Shown piece by piece: positions 25,265-38,629 of a stretch of 64,000 nt of DNA; position 1 is the first letter of the stretch; every line of letters begins with the position of its first letter. The DNA comes from Octopus sinensis (lineage: Eukaryota). A program made the position numbers and the translations under genes. Under the pieces are notes generated by a model. That model was not told where the DNA came from. It searched no databases and saw only the letters and a program-made list of their open reading frames with translations. Where the stretch lies: positions 9,362,001 through 9,426,000 of the forward strand of contig NC_043004.1 of the NCBI RefSeq assembly GCF_006345805.1, in the 5' to 3' direction.

Positions 25265-26170
25265 GGCTCTGGTTCCGTCTTATTCCTTGTGGGTAGCGGG
25301 TTACTACCTATAACCTTAGGTATTCACAAGTTTTCAGCAGTCTTTCAAATGCTTAGAACCCTCCTGATAATTCTTGCTGTCTCTAAGACAAACTTTCTGC
25401 AGGAGCTCTACCGGGCATTCTGTTCCAATCTCCTCCAGCCATTTGTCTCTATCTTAGCTTCCTGTTCCCAACGCACCAATAACTCTAAAGGTACGCCTTT
25501 ACAGTTCGCATGCTCCAAAGACTTGTTATTTCAAATTTTAAGGGATTGTATTTTTTCTTGTTTTTCGTCCTCTTTCTTTACGATCCTGCAATCAAACTGG
25601 AATGATAGTTCGATCAGTAAGCAACTTTGCTTTTCCTCATCTATAATTGTTATGTCCGATCTATTATTGTCTAACTTCTCCATTGGAATAGGAAAGTCCC
25701 ACAGACTCTTACATTTCTCCGACTCCGGGACTCTTTCGACTCAACGATTGTACTGTGTGCTTCTAGCTTCAAATCCTCATTTCTGGCACAGTTTCCAGTT
25801 TAAAACTTTTACATCCTGGTCGTACCAATTTAGGGCCAGCCTGGTCGTGCCAGTATGGTCATGCCAACTTCCTGTGTCAACTTGGGGCATTCTGCTACAA
25901 TGTGTGCCACTGTCACATTCCAAGTTCCACAGGCTCTACATTTTCCTGGCACATTATTTTCATATTTAATTTTTCTCAAGTTGTTTGTTTTTATCGCTTG
26001 ATCTTGGGCTGCTACAATTGGGGTCCCTGTCTCTTTTTTTTAATTGCTCCTTTTTTTAACGGAGCTCAGGATTTTGTTCAACACACACGTCTTCAGTGGC
26101 TCTCCAAAACTAGCCATGCAGAAGTTTCTCTTCGATCTGTCTGATATGCTCTCTTTGTATTTCATTCTTG
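25265..26170 (-). mobile_element. R4/Dong-type RLE LINE fragment D (different family)
   Basis: Remnants of C..C...ET..HIVAECPKL, LWDFPI, RSDITIIDEEKQSCLLIE and VIGALG. The 3' end abuts a (TAA)n/(TGA)n tract at 25160-25258. Confidence 0.8.
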
Positions 26171-26179
26171 ATTGCTAGC

Positions 26180-26375
26180 AGATACAGAAACGCCGAACAA
26201 AGTGCTTAGCGGCGTTTCGTCCGTCTTTACGTTGAAGTCATGCCGAGGTCGACTTAGTCTTTCAACCTTTCGGGGTCGATAAATTAAGTATCAGTTGCGT
26301 ACTGGGGTCGATCTAATCGTCTGGCCCCCTCCCCCAAAAATGCGGGCCTTTTGTCTAGAGTAGAAAAGATTATAT
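26180..26375 (+). mobile_element. SINE family 1 copy (degraded head, preserved body)
   Basis: aaagtgcttagcggcgtttcgtccgtctttacg...gccgaggtcgac...cggggtcgataaattaagtatcagttgcgtactggggtcgatctaatcg. Confidence 0.8.
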
Positions 26376-26462
26376 GTAGATATGTATATACATGTGTATG
26401 TGCGTGCGTGCATGTGTGTGTGTGTTTGTGTTTGTGTGTGTGTGTGTGTGTTTGTGTGCGCG

Positions 26463-26493
<31 letters not shown>

Positions 26494-26547
26494 TTAATGC
26501 TGGAATATTACTCAAAAAACTTTTGATAGACTATATTATTCTTTAAG

Positions 26548-26675
26548 CAACAATAAATTTGATAGTGACTTCGAAGCTTTCATCAGACTTAACCTCTATC
26601 GAACCGTCCAAATTCGGCAAAACAGACCGAAATTTCGAAATTACTCTCAACAATGTTCCCGCCGAAGCATTATAT
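26548..26675 (+). CDS. Candidate host exon (unidentified; strand uncertain)
   Basis: Unique island between microsatellites with ctttaag| acceptor and |gtatgt donor. Frame [42 protein letters not shown]; the antisense frame is also open. Confidence 0.2.
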
Positions 26676-26794
26676 GTATGTACGTATTCATATACATGTT
26701 CATACATACATACATACATACATACATACATACATACATACATACATACATACATACATGCATACATACATACATGCATGCATACATACATACA

Positions 26795-26840
<46 letters not shown>

Positions 26841-26960
26841 CATATCACACATACATACATACATACTACATACATACATACATACATACATACACACACA
26901 TACATAATACACACACACATACAGACACACTCACACACATACACATATATATAGACACAT
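26676..26960. repeat. (CATA)n/(CA)n microsatellite
   Basis: Direct inspection. Confidence 0.95.
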
Positions 26961-28112
26961 ACATGTAAACGTATATACATATGCTCATACATCTTGTGAA
27001 GAGCATTACGTTGATTTTTAATTTGCTTTCCCACTTAACTCCCGCAGATATGTGTGTGTGAGAGTGTGTGTGTGTGTGTGTGCGTGTGTGTGTGTGTTTA
27101 TGTGTGCGGATGTGTGTTTGTGTGCTTGTGTGTTTGTGTATGTATGTAGTTTAAGTAAGAAAGCTGTGTTGTGTGTGTTTCCTTGATATTTTCTTTTTCC
27201 TGCTGTATTATTGAATATAACATTTGTTTATGAATATAGAATAGACATGTTTGTCTTACAGCTTGATGGGACCTGGCAAAATAACAGTTGATTAAATGTG
27301 CATTAGACGGCTTTCTTTACTGCAATGCTATGGCTTCTTCCTCGTTTCATATTAGTTGCATGTCGGATGTATATGTGGCGCCGTTCGTCTTTATAATCAG
27401 TAACAACGTCAATGATAACGACGACGATGACAACGGCTGATGATGATGACGATGATGATGTCTTTTATTTGCGACCAAGACAACGGTTGTGGGGTAAGAT
27501 CGCAAAGACACACATGAAATGTAAGGGTTTACCTAGAGGAAGCTAATGCAGAAAGTAAAAATGAAAACATGAAATACAAGTATACAAACAATGAAAAATG
27601 GCGATGCAAATCCCCTTGATTCAGAAGAACTTCCATCAGTTATAGGAGGGCCATCGATTACAGGTTAAGGTCATGATAGTAGCAAATATTCGAGTTCTAT
27701 TTTCATCATTCTCACCCAGTTTTCAATAAGTTTACGCGAAGATAGCAGCTCCTTCGCCTTCGTTTGCCTTTTCAAGTGGAAATTTTAAAAAATTGATTAA
27801 TTCTCTAACAAAGAGGAAAGCCTCTGTCCTCACACATTTTCACTCCATCCACCACACAAGCTCTTTTATTATAAACAATTAGATGGAGGGGAAGCTGTCT
27901 TCTTTGCTTGATTAATGAGAAAAAATAGGGAAAGAACTTTTAAGATTTTTGTCCGATTTTTTTCTAAAGTTCAATGTATGTGAGATACTTTTTAAGTCAA
28001 TATGTTCGTTAGCATCTCTTCGAATCGTCGTCTTGCCGACTGTTTTATAGGAGTGCCTCGAATTACCTCCCCTTTTGTAGAAATGTTAGTTTTGCTTTTA
28101 AAATTAGGTTAT

Positions 28113-28148
<36 letters not shown>

Positions 28149-28149
28149 G

Positions 28150-28192
<43 letters not shown>

Positions 28193-28198
28193 ATATAT

Positions 28199-28321
<123 letters not shown>

Positions 28322-28339
28322 TATATATATATAATAAAA

Positions 28340-29000
28340 CTTATATATATAAAGAACGTGAAATTCACGAATTGACAAACACGGAAAAACGGACAGTAAT
28401 TCAGAGCCTTCATTCTTCAGTCAGAAACCGATTCATCATGGCAAATTTCGGCTGTTTAATTCTGAGATTTGCTCCGAAAAGGCCAGCCCCAAGGAAAAGC
28501 TAAGCTATGGGCATTAGATTTGCTTGGTAGAAGGAAAGAATGTGACAACCGAGACGAATAGGAAAACAAGAGACGAAGATAAAATTGGAAACAGTAACGA
28601 ATAAAAACAGGAATGATACGGGGGCGTCTTACGACTTTGAGACAAAATGAGACAAAACAATTGATCAGCAAGCGTGGAAGCGGTTACCTTTTCGGTAGAG
28701 GAGACATGTGTTGTACAGGCGGCTGTCAGCAGTGGAATGCTTAGCAGCAGCAGGTTGCAAGAAGGTGAGAGAGAAAGAGAGAGGGGGTATTGAGGAGGGA
28801 CGAGAAATGACCAAGAGAGAGAGAGAAAGAAAGAATTAAAGAGGGTGAGAGGAAGGGGCGCCAAAATAACTTGGTAAAGAGGCGCCAAAATACCTTGAGA
28901 AGAAGCAATGGCGGATGATAAAGGGGAAGTTTAAAGTTGAAGACATCGTGCAATAGTGGAGATATGACAAACATAAATGGATTGGTGCACGTACGCTGCG
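28340..29000 (-). mobile_element. Probable Penelope 3' UTR/pseudo-LTR (family F)
   Basis: The reverse complement shares gtcgtaagac, agcttag.tttt.cttgg.ggctggcc and cagccgaaatt...gatga...ggtt.ctgactgaaga with the direct repeats at 61698-62784. Flanked by (TA)n. Confidence 0.6.
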
Positions 29001-29008
29001 ATAATATA

Positions 29009-29085
<77 letters not shown>

Positions 29086-29139
29086 GAGAGAGAGATAGGG
29101 AGAGAGAGAGAGAAACTGAGAGAGAGAGAGAGAGGGAGA

Positions 29140-29370
29140 GAGAGACAATGTTTGCTTTGTAGAAAGTGTGGAGATGCATTGAGATATACAGATGTGGAGA
29201 TAATTTATTCTCAAGTGCAGAATAATGCACGAAGAGTGTGAATAGGATAACATCTTTATATTACAGAAAAATTTGTCAGCGGCCAGCCATAAGACTCGAA
29301 CTCACATCTCTGTAATTACCGGTAAATAAACACACGCCATAACGTATACTAAATGTGAAAATGTAACTAC
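29140..29370 (-). mobile_element. tRNA-like SINE (family 4), inverted partner of 31345-31560
   Basis: ~230 bp highly similar to the reverse complement of 31345-31560. T-arm-like gtgagTTCGAGTcttat; (CT)n/(GA)n tail. Confidence 0.65.
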
Positions 29371-30007
29371 CGACCCAAAATCGATGTTACTTTTTCGATC
29401 AACTGTCAAGTTGGTGAAGGGATCGGATTGTTTGCTTCGATCTACGATTATTTGCAACTGCTTCTGTTACTTTTGTCTTTGTTTACGTGCTTCTTTGCAA
29501 TTTACGAGTTCTGGTTTTATTGTTGTTGGGCTTTCAGGTGGGCGTTTAAAGACAAGGTGACTCTTTCTTGCTATTTCATTTTTAACTTGCTCACCTCTTT
29601 TCGATAGTTACCCTTTTTATCCCAAAACATGTCCTTTGTAGAGTCGTCATCTTCTTAATATTGTACACGCTATTATACGTATTTAACATCGACTGCCAAC
29701 GATATAAATATGAACGCTTTTGTGCACCATAATGCAATATTTGGTGTATCTGATGGATACAAAGATTAGTTTTTGTTATTAATGCTACTTTTGCAGCTAT
29801 TTAATATAAAGTTATATAAACACACATTCACACACACATATACACACACAAACACATACAAGTGCGCACGCGTGTTTGTGTGTATATACTTATATGCATA
29901 GATATATGCATATCGCTATATATTTATATGTATATACAAATTATGCAATAGATTAATATATATAAATATATATATATATACGAGTGTATATATATATGGA
30001 TATAGAT

Positions 30008-30058
<51 letters not shown>

Positions 30059-30532
30059 CGTATGTATGTATGCATGTATGTATGTGTGTATGTATGTATG
30101 TATGTATGTATGTATGTATGTTGTATGTATGTATGTATGTATGTATGTATAGCATACATGACGTGTGTATATCGTTGAAAAGCCAGCTGCTGCCGTTTTT
30201 CATCCAGGAAAATCCTTTAGTAGCCATATTGGGCTAAAAATTAAAAAAATACGATGTATTTCAAAGCTAGGCGAAACTAAATTGCTTGCACAAGTGACAG
30301 CGAAAGGACCGATGTATGCATTTCGTCGTATGTGAATAGTTAGAAAGCCAGAAGACGCAGTTTTCGTCAGGAAAAACTGTTTCTTCTGTTTTTTAAAACA
30401 ACACGTTTATAAAAATAATTTTTTCTGGGTAAAAAGCTGCAGCTTCTCGCTTTTCAGTGATGCACATAGTTAAGTATGTTGTATATACACATACATACAT
30501 ATATATGTATTTGCACATACATGCATATATGA

Positions 30533-30580
<48 letters not shown>

Positions 30581-30867
30581 GAGGAAGAAAGACAATCAAG
30601 AATCAGAATGGTTGCCGAATGATTTGGTAGTTTTGTATTTTATGTGTGTGTGCGTGTATATATATATATACATACACACACACACACATGTTTCCTTGTT
30701 TATGTCACTACCGGAAGTGAAGTAGTTACGTCAGCCATAATAGTGTGACTATCGACAGCCACCATTTTTCAGCTTAAACGTTTTTGTAATTCGAAACCGC
30801 ATGTTTAAGTTTATGACTTATTTTAGGGTTGTTTTTTATCATTACTGTTTATTTATTTTAATTTTAC

Positions 30868-30968
30868 CTTGCAAATACCTGTGCTGCATCACCTGATGAA
30901 CTTTCACTGGAGCGTGTAAACACTTCCCTTCTGCTTGTCAACCTATCACTATCGTCAACGCAATCACA
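30868..30968 (-). CDS. Candidate host exon (unidentified)
   Basis: Acceptor gacttag| and donor caag|gtaaaa (alternative cag|gtattt). The 101 nt encode CDCVDDSDRLTSRREVFTRSSESSSGDAAQVFA. No homology recognised. Confidence 0.25.
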
Positions 30969-31168
30969 CTAAGTCACATGATGATTAACGTCTCGCCTGA
31001 ATGGTTATATCGACAAACGAATACATCTTTTTAGTATATATATATATTTAAGTCAAGTCAGGTGAAGTCTAGTCTAGTCGCAGTGCTGAACAGTCACCCC
31101 CATAGCGTCGACTGTGACAGCAGGGAGGTGGACAGTGGCACCAATATATATACACGTACTTACATATA

Positions 31169-31230
<62 letters not shown>

Positions 31231-31344
31231 TGTGTGTGTGTGCGTGCGCGCACACACACACACACACATGTATATATCGTTAAAGGTGCGAAACTGAATA
31301 CTACCAATTGGTCGATAACTGATGAAGAATTACGAACCTTCTGT

Positions 31345-31659
<315 letters not shown>

Positions 31660-31734
31660 CGTGTGTGTGTATATATATATATATGTGTATATATGTATAT
31701 ACATATGTATAAGTATATATATATATATTGGTAA

Positions 31735-31950
31735 AACGGTAAGATAACAAAAGAAAGAGACCTCAATATTATGTAAAAGAGGAAATTTATCTATAAAATA
31801 ATATGTGACAATTATTCGGTAGCCAAGATAAAACTCTGAGTTTCGGATGCCGAGGTGGAAATCCACCGAAAGATGGTGGTGTGTATTTCCACCTCGGCAT
31901 CCGAAACTCAGAATTTTATCTTGGCTACCGAATAATTGTCACGTATTAGT
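31735..31950. mobile_element. Repeat family D, inverted pair with central deletion
   Basis: Arms 31800-31863 and 31885-31947 are reverse complements. Homologous to 12222-12473, but the CTGAAGA core region is lost. Confidence 0.8.
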
Positions 31951-31984
31951 TACAGATATACGTATATATATATATATATGCATA

Positions 31985-32044
<60 letters not shown>

Positions 32045-32817
32045 ATGCATGTATGTATGTATAGTCTAATTTTAAAAGCAAAAACTAACATTTTCTCTCT
32101 CTTTGTTTCCCATATACGTATTTAGTTTTGTAATTATTCATAGGCATTTCGTAGGCATCTCATTGTCCCCTCATTCACTGTCACACACTCACCCCCATCC
32201 TTGAAAATATAATTATTTTAGCCGGAACTTTTATTATTTTCCCCGTGTATTATTTTTTCACTTTTTGTAGAATGATTTAACTTTTTGCATAATTCACCGA
32301 AAAAACATTTTCTTATTTCATTGATTATTTAAAATAATGTTGTTTAAAAATTTACATTTGAATGACGTGAGAGTCAAAACATGAATATATTCATATTTTA
32401 ACGCTTCAATGCATTCTTTGACTACAGTTTGTAATTTTAGTGTAAAGTTAGTTTTTTTTTTCATGTCTTGTAGTATTCAATATTAATGTTAAAAAAATTC
32501 CTTGAGGAATTTATAATTTTACTGTTATTTAATTTCGGTGTTGGAGGATTTCATTTCCATAATGTTTTGGCCGCGACACCATACTTTTGAAAAAAACTAC
32601 CAATCCACCAGACAGGCAACCAACAGACAAAGAACGGGTCATCAAACTTTGTTTCTTGTTATTTTTAATTTAAACATGGTTGGACTGTTCTTTGTGGATA
32701 TTTTTATAAATGTAAACATTTGCAATAAATTTAATTCAAAATTTCAAAGAGGTCTTTAAGTTCATTAAAAATTTTCAAAACATGTATTTTCTTAAGTGTC
32801 ATTGACAAAAAAAAATT

Positions 32818-32917
32818 NNNNNNNNNNNNNNNNNNNNNNNNNNNNNNNNNNNNNNNNNNNNNNNNNNNNNNNNNNNNNNNNNNNNNNNNNNNNNNNNNNN
32901 NNNNNNNNNNNNNNNNN
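32818..32917. other. Assembly gap (100 N)
   Basis: Run of exactly 100 N. Confidence 1.
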
Positions 32918-33197
32918 ATATCAAACGATAATGTTATACAAAAAAGCACAAATCTCTTATACAGAGCTAGACAAGATTTCCTGGTCGAAATAATAATACA
33001 TAAATTCCGGCAATGAGGTTTTCTGCAGTGCGCATTTCAAGAGAAACATCGCGTCGGAATTTAAAAGTAGATCACCGGACATTTAGGAAACCATTAACAC
33101 CTTGTTTACGTCTGCTTGACACCGAAGTATAGTGGCGTTGGTTATCTCCTTGTGATTTTCTTCTTGTATTCTTCCTTAGCCGTGTCTTTTTGTTTAA

Positions 33198-33331
33198 ACG
33201 TCATCTGTTCAAAAGACATCTAACAAACGGTCTTCTCAGCTTCAAAAATGGTGAGATAAATTATTATTTCGACCAAGAAACCCTGGGTAGTTGGGTTTAC
33301 AGGATTTGTGGTTTTTATAATAACACATATA

Positions 33332-33362
<31 letters not shown>

Positions 33363-33537
33363 GATATATATATATTTATATTATATATATAGATATATAT
33401 ATATATATGCTATTAATAAAACCATCAAATCCTGAGAAACCTAACTACCCAGGGTTTCTTGTCGAATAATAATTATCTCACCATTTTTGAAGCCTAGAAG
33501 AAGACCGTTTGTCCAGATGTCCTTTGAAAAATGACGT
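33198..33537. repeat. Fold-back inverted repeat (~130-bp arms) centred on a (TA)n tract
   Basis: 33198-33326 is the reverse complement of ~33409-33537, differing mainly by single-base indels. Confidence 0.9.
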
Positions 33538-33575
33538 ATATATATATAATATTATATACTATATATATATATATA

Positions 33576-34296
33576 GCAATAATAAATCTCTGAACGAGAT
33601 GTAAACAGTAACTGCACGACAACGTAAAGTATACTTGCCATCTCAATATGGCTAACCACTAAGGATGGGTGTTACTGTAGCTTTTAGCCCAAGGAGATCA
33701 TCGTCTCCAGCTGGCTTTAGACACACTTTCTGTGCTCTTATGGTATTTGCAAAGGGAAGTTATCCCTCTCTCGTCAACCTAAGTGATACGCACGGACTGC
33801 AGTTTCTAGGTATTTGCCTGTCTTCGATGTACGGCAATCACCGGTTTTCGATAAGGGAGACCGTTTGCAATACTATTTATTGTTTTTCCAGTAACTTTCG
33901 TCACTGATTCGAAAACTGTCTGCAGCAATAATAAATCTCTGAACGAGTGTAAACAGTAATGCACGACAACGTAAAGTATACTAGCCATCTCAATATGGCT
34001 AACCACTAAGGGTAGGGGGTTACTGTAGCTTTTAGCCACCCAGGAGATCAATCGTCTCCACTGGCTTTAGGCACACCTTGTGTGCCCCTTATGGTATTTG
34101 CAGGAATTCACCGGCCTCCTCTCTTCAACCTAAGTGATATGCCGGACTGCAGTTTCTAGGTATTTGCCTGTCTTCGGCGTACGGGATCACCGGCGATAAA
34201 GGAAACCTTTGCAAATACCATAAGGGTACAGAAAGTGTGCCCAAGCTAGGTGGAGACGATGATCTCCTGGGCCTAAAAGCTACAGTAACACCCACC
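33576..34296 (-). mobile_element. Repeat family B: tandem dimer (349-bp period) plus inverted partial copy
   Basis: Units start at 33576 and 33925, with an inverted segment at 34206-34296. Each unit carries a hammerhead-like fold on the minus strand (33789-33833, 34140-34183). Confidence 0.85.
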
Positions 34297-34309
34297 TTTG
34301 CTATTCGTA

Positions 34310-34601
34310 AGACCCGCAGAAGAGAAAGAACGTCAACCCTCGACACCGAGAGCATCGACGGAGGGATGAATGTGAATTCAGGCTCAGCGTTGCGAAGAAG
34401 TCGGGGACACGAAACAGAAGAAAGAGTGAAAGAAAGTTGAAGCGAAGAGTACAACAGGGGTCGCCACCACCCCCTGCCGGAGCCTCGTGGAGCTTTAGGT
34501 GTTTTCTTTCAATAAACACACACAACGCCCGGTCCGGGAATCGAAACCGCGATCCTCTGACCGCAAGTCCGCTGCCCTAACCACTGGGCCATTGCGCCTC
34601 C
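34310..34601 (-). mobile_element. tRNA-derived SINE family 2
   Basis: The reverse complement starts ggaggcgcaaTGGCCCAGTGGttagggcagcgg...GGTTTCGATTCC (A and B boxes); same family as 39965-40235. Confidence 0.9.
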
Positions 34602-34614
34602 TGCTGTTGCTGCT

Positions 34615-34615
34615 G

Positions 34616-34670
<55 letters not shown>

Positions 34671-34710
34671 CGGTGATAGTAATAGTAGTAATGGTGGTGC
34701 TAGGAGTAGT
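34615..34710. repeat. (GTA)n microsatellite
   Basis: Direct inspection. Confidence 0.9.
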
Positions 34711-35455
34711 AGTAAAACTACACCTATAATTTACTCACACTGACTTGCATCCACGCGCGCGCGCACAAACACACACACACTTCGGAAAACACACACACAC
34801 ACAAACATAAGCTCACTCAAACAAACATCCACATAAATACATCGAAATGTCTGCACATACGTGCAACAACAGTGACCGTTACATATATACACACACACAC
34901 ACACCACACACACACGCCAAATACACACATACACACGCCAAATACACACACACACACACACACACGCCAAATACACACACACACAGCATTATCATTATTT
35001 TTTCCATTACGATCGCTAACTTCTTTGTTTATTATCCACGCCTTTTAGGTATTATTTATCGTGAAATACTTATTTTCTTAGCAAATTTTACTTTATATTT
35101 TGTCTTTTTTTCTCTGATAGGCGTTTGGAAAATTAACGCTTGTCTTTGAAGAACAGACTCCATAATATTGTCCCAATTTTATACTTTCCTACGTTCATTA
35201 ATCAGACAACGGAATCGAGCGATAGAAGTTTCCATTCCGCACAGTAGATTTTCACTTACCAAAGTATATCTTGCGGTTAAACGGGGCAGCGTTGATGCGT
35301 GATAAACGTCCCTTGTTGTTCACTTGTTTTCACTTGTGTTTAAAGATACCGATACTTAGTGAAACAGGCGAGAATATAGTAAAGGAGCCGAGTAGCTGGG
35401 GCTGGTTGTGCGGCAGGGGAGAAATAGGAAGGAAAAGTATGGCTACGTACGCTTC

Positions 35456-35546
<91 letters not shown>

Positions 35547-35621
35547 TATATAAAGCGGTTTTGAAAAATTCTTTGATATCAAGTGTATTCGCCATGTTTA
35601 TATACACATGTGTATGTGTGT

Positions 35622-35682
<61 letters not shown>

Positions 35683-35817
35683 CGTGCGTGCGTGCGTGAA
35701 TGTGTACATATACATACGCATCGCACATACATTTGAGAAATCAATTTTAGTAAATACGGAAATTAAAATTATTGCGAATACATACACACACGCACACATA
35801 TATGTACACACACATGT

Positions 35818-35862
<45 letters not shown>

Positions 35863-35929
35863 CGTTTGTGTGGATTGTATGTATATGTGTGTCTAGTGCA
35901 TTATGTATATACATGCATGTCTCTCACCA

Positions 35930-36560
35930 TTTCCATCAGTTGCAGCGTCCACACATTTCCTACATCAACTGGTCTATTACTTGTTCCCTACAAACTCCTC
36001 AAACCCATCTAGCCACAGACGGCTTATCACCCGTTATTTCCATTTGTACCTTGACAAAATTTATTCCTCCTTCAGTTGATACTTTTCCCTCCTCCGTCCA
36101 ACCACGTGTTTAGCTTCTGGCTTTCCTCCCAATACTTGTTCACCGTAGACGGGGTCAACTCCTCTTTCAATTTCATTTCCCATAACGATAAGTTCCTCGC
36201 CTTTAAACCATCTTGTATCTTCACTTTCCTCCATTTCACCGAACTCGTCTTTATCCTCAACTGCTTCCCATTTCTCAGCGATAGAGCAATGGGAATGGCT
36301 TTGGGAACCAAATAGCCTCTAAATACGTTGACCTGTAAACTGATCATGTTGATGCTCAGATCTTCTCTCAGTTCACTAGTCCCATCCCAAATGTATACGA
36401 TAACTTATTGTAGGATTGTATTGACATCTCACTCACCCACGACTGGTTCGTTTTTCGTGACAATAATTCTTTCCATCGTTTTTTGGCATTCACATCTACC
36501 ACTCCACATCTTAAAGAACTTCCTGGACATCTCTGCTTCCACTGACCACCCTAAGCTTGT
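35930..36560 (+). mobile_element. Degraded Penelope-like RT fragment
   Basis: AMGMALGTK (~36287), NSFHRFLAFT (~36465) and NFLDISAS (~36517) appear in PLE RT motif order; the YIDD region is decayed. Confidence 0.55.
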
Positions 36561-38229
36561 TATCATCATCCCTATCAACAACAAATACATAATAAGCTCA
36601 CCCCTCCCCCATTCAACTTCACCCACATCAAACGTCTTCCCCTCACCACCTGTCACACATCACTTGAAACCCCGTGTGAACATATGGACTATTAATTCCT
36701 ACATAATAGCTATCGCAGTATAGCCGTGGATGCCACCCACATCTACACCTGCCATATTGATCCCATCGGCACCCACAGAACCGAATACTTCATATTCGGC
36801 TTTAAATGCAGCCGATTCTACATGATTGACAGGGCCAAACTCACCTCTGGATATAATCAAACCACATTCATCACCGGTTTCTGTTTCATGTAGCATATTT
36901 GTGCTTTCATTCCAAACACTAAGGCAGCGACCTTTTAGAATAGCTAATACATCGGACAAAGTGCTTAGCTGCATTTCGTCCGATTCTTTAGGCTGCGAGT
37001 TCAAAGTACTTTCATGATTTCGGGGTCGATAACATAAAATATCAATCAAGCAACTGGATCGATGTAATCGACTGATTCCTTCGCGTTAGAAATTGCTGGC
37101 CTTGAACTCTGTAAAAGACCAGAATCCCCTTTAAAGGCGATTCTGAGGATTCCTGACAAACATTCTAAACATAATTACGCTTATAATGTCTTACAATTGT
37201 CCTACGTCATTAACTGACTCACCTGTATCTCCAAGAAGTTCATTCATTACAAGAAATACTGATTATGAGGTCAGCTGTATGTAGAAGAGTTCGGTTGGAG
37301 AATACCTGATTCGTCTAGCGACCAATTCCTCTCCTTCTTCTTCCCTGCAGTCCACTTTTCCCCCTCACCTGACCATTCTTCCCTGCGGCGTCCGTCGCCT
37401 GGTATTGTCCTCTTCCATGGTTCTCCAGTATCTTCTTTACAATGCAAATACCATCATATTTTTTCGCATTGTAACGGATTGAGCTAAACAAGCAGGTTGC
37501 CCTCCTTCAGTTACATATGTTGACTCACACACATACACACACTCACACACACACACACACATACACATCTACAGCAATAAATGTTATACATATATAAACA
37601 CACCAAGCTCTTCCATTACTAACAAACATACACACACCACCATCGTGTCTTCATTCACCACATACACACATCATATCTACGCGCAACAAGACAGATTCTC
37701 AGACCGCATACTACACATACATGTCTACACTTAAACACACATACACACACACACCGTATAAAATCATAGACATACGTACTTAAATATTCCATTGACAGCA
37801 CCGATAACATATATGCCAACACTCTTCCATTTACTACATAACACACACACACATACACAATCCACATGCCCCACAGACACACAACGCTACTCAAATCATA
37901 CACACACACACACACACACACACACCACACACTTTGAACACTTGTGATACCCGGACGTCATCAAGACCTAAATGTCCATAGCCATCCGAAAGGATTTCAT
38001 ATTGTTGCAGATCCCTGCGAAGACCGTCTGCTGCTTGCATTGTGTCTCAAAGATGACTCAAAGCCACGCTCACAAATCAACGTCGATGAACCTTTTAGGC
38101 CTCCTATCCATGTATTCTGATGGCATCCTGTGAACCGGCATGTCGGGCACAAGCACTGCTATAATTCTTACCTTCTCGTTAATTTTAAAGAAATGGAAGG
38201 TGCTTATGTATATAAGTATTTGCATTGGG

Positions 38230-38515
38230 ACCCCTTTCATCGAAAACCGGTGATTGTCGTACGCTGATGACAGGTCAAAACCTAGAAACTGCAGTCCGTG
38301 CGTATCACTTAGGTTGACGAGGGAAGGGTGACCTCCCTTTGCAAATACCATAAGGGCACAGAAAGTGTGCCTAAAGCCAGCTGGAGACGATGTTCTCCTT
38401 GGACTACAAGCTACAGTAACACCCACCCTTAGTGGTCAGCCATATTGAGATGGCAAGTATACCTCACATTGTCGTGCAGTTACTGTTTATACCTCGTTCA
38501 GAGATTTTATTGCTT
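38230..38515 (+). mobile_element. Repeat family B copy
   Basis: Reverse-complement homolog of 33576-33870, ending in (TA)n. Confidence 0.85.
38258..38302 (+). ncRNA. Minimal type I hammerhead ribozyme with canonical core (family B)
   Basis: cgtacg-CTGATGA-c-agg-tcaaaa-cct-a-GAAA-c-tgca-g-TC-cgtgcg: 6-bp helix I, 3-bp helix II, helix III AC/GU with palindromic UGCA loop, GUC triplet. Confidence 0.75.
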
Positions 38516-38629
38516 GTGTATATATATATATATAATATTATATATATAATATATATATATATTATATATATATATATACAAATATATATATGTGTATATG
38601 TATATATTAATAGATAAAAAGAAGGATAG

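Noticed and set aside
25289-25969. 226-aa plus-strand ORF
   Set aside because: Antisense shadow of R4/Dong fragment D.
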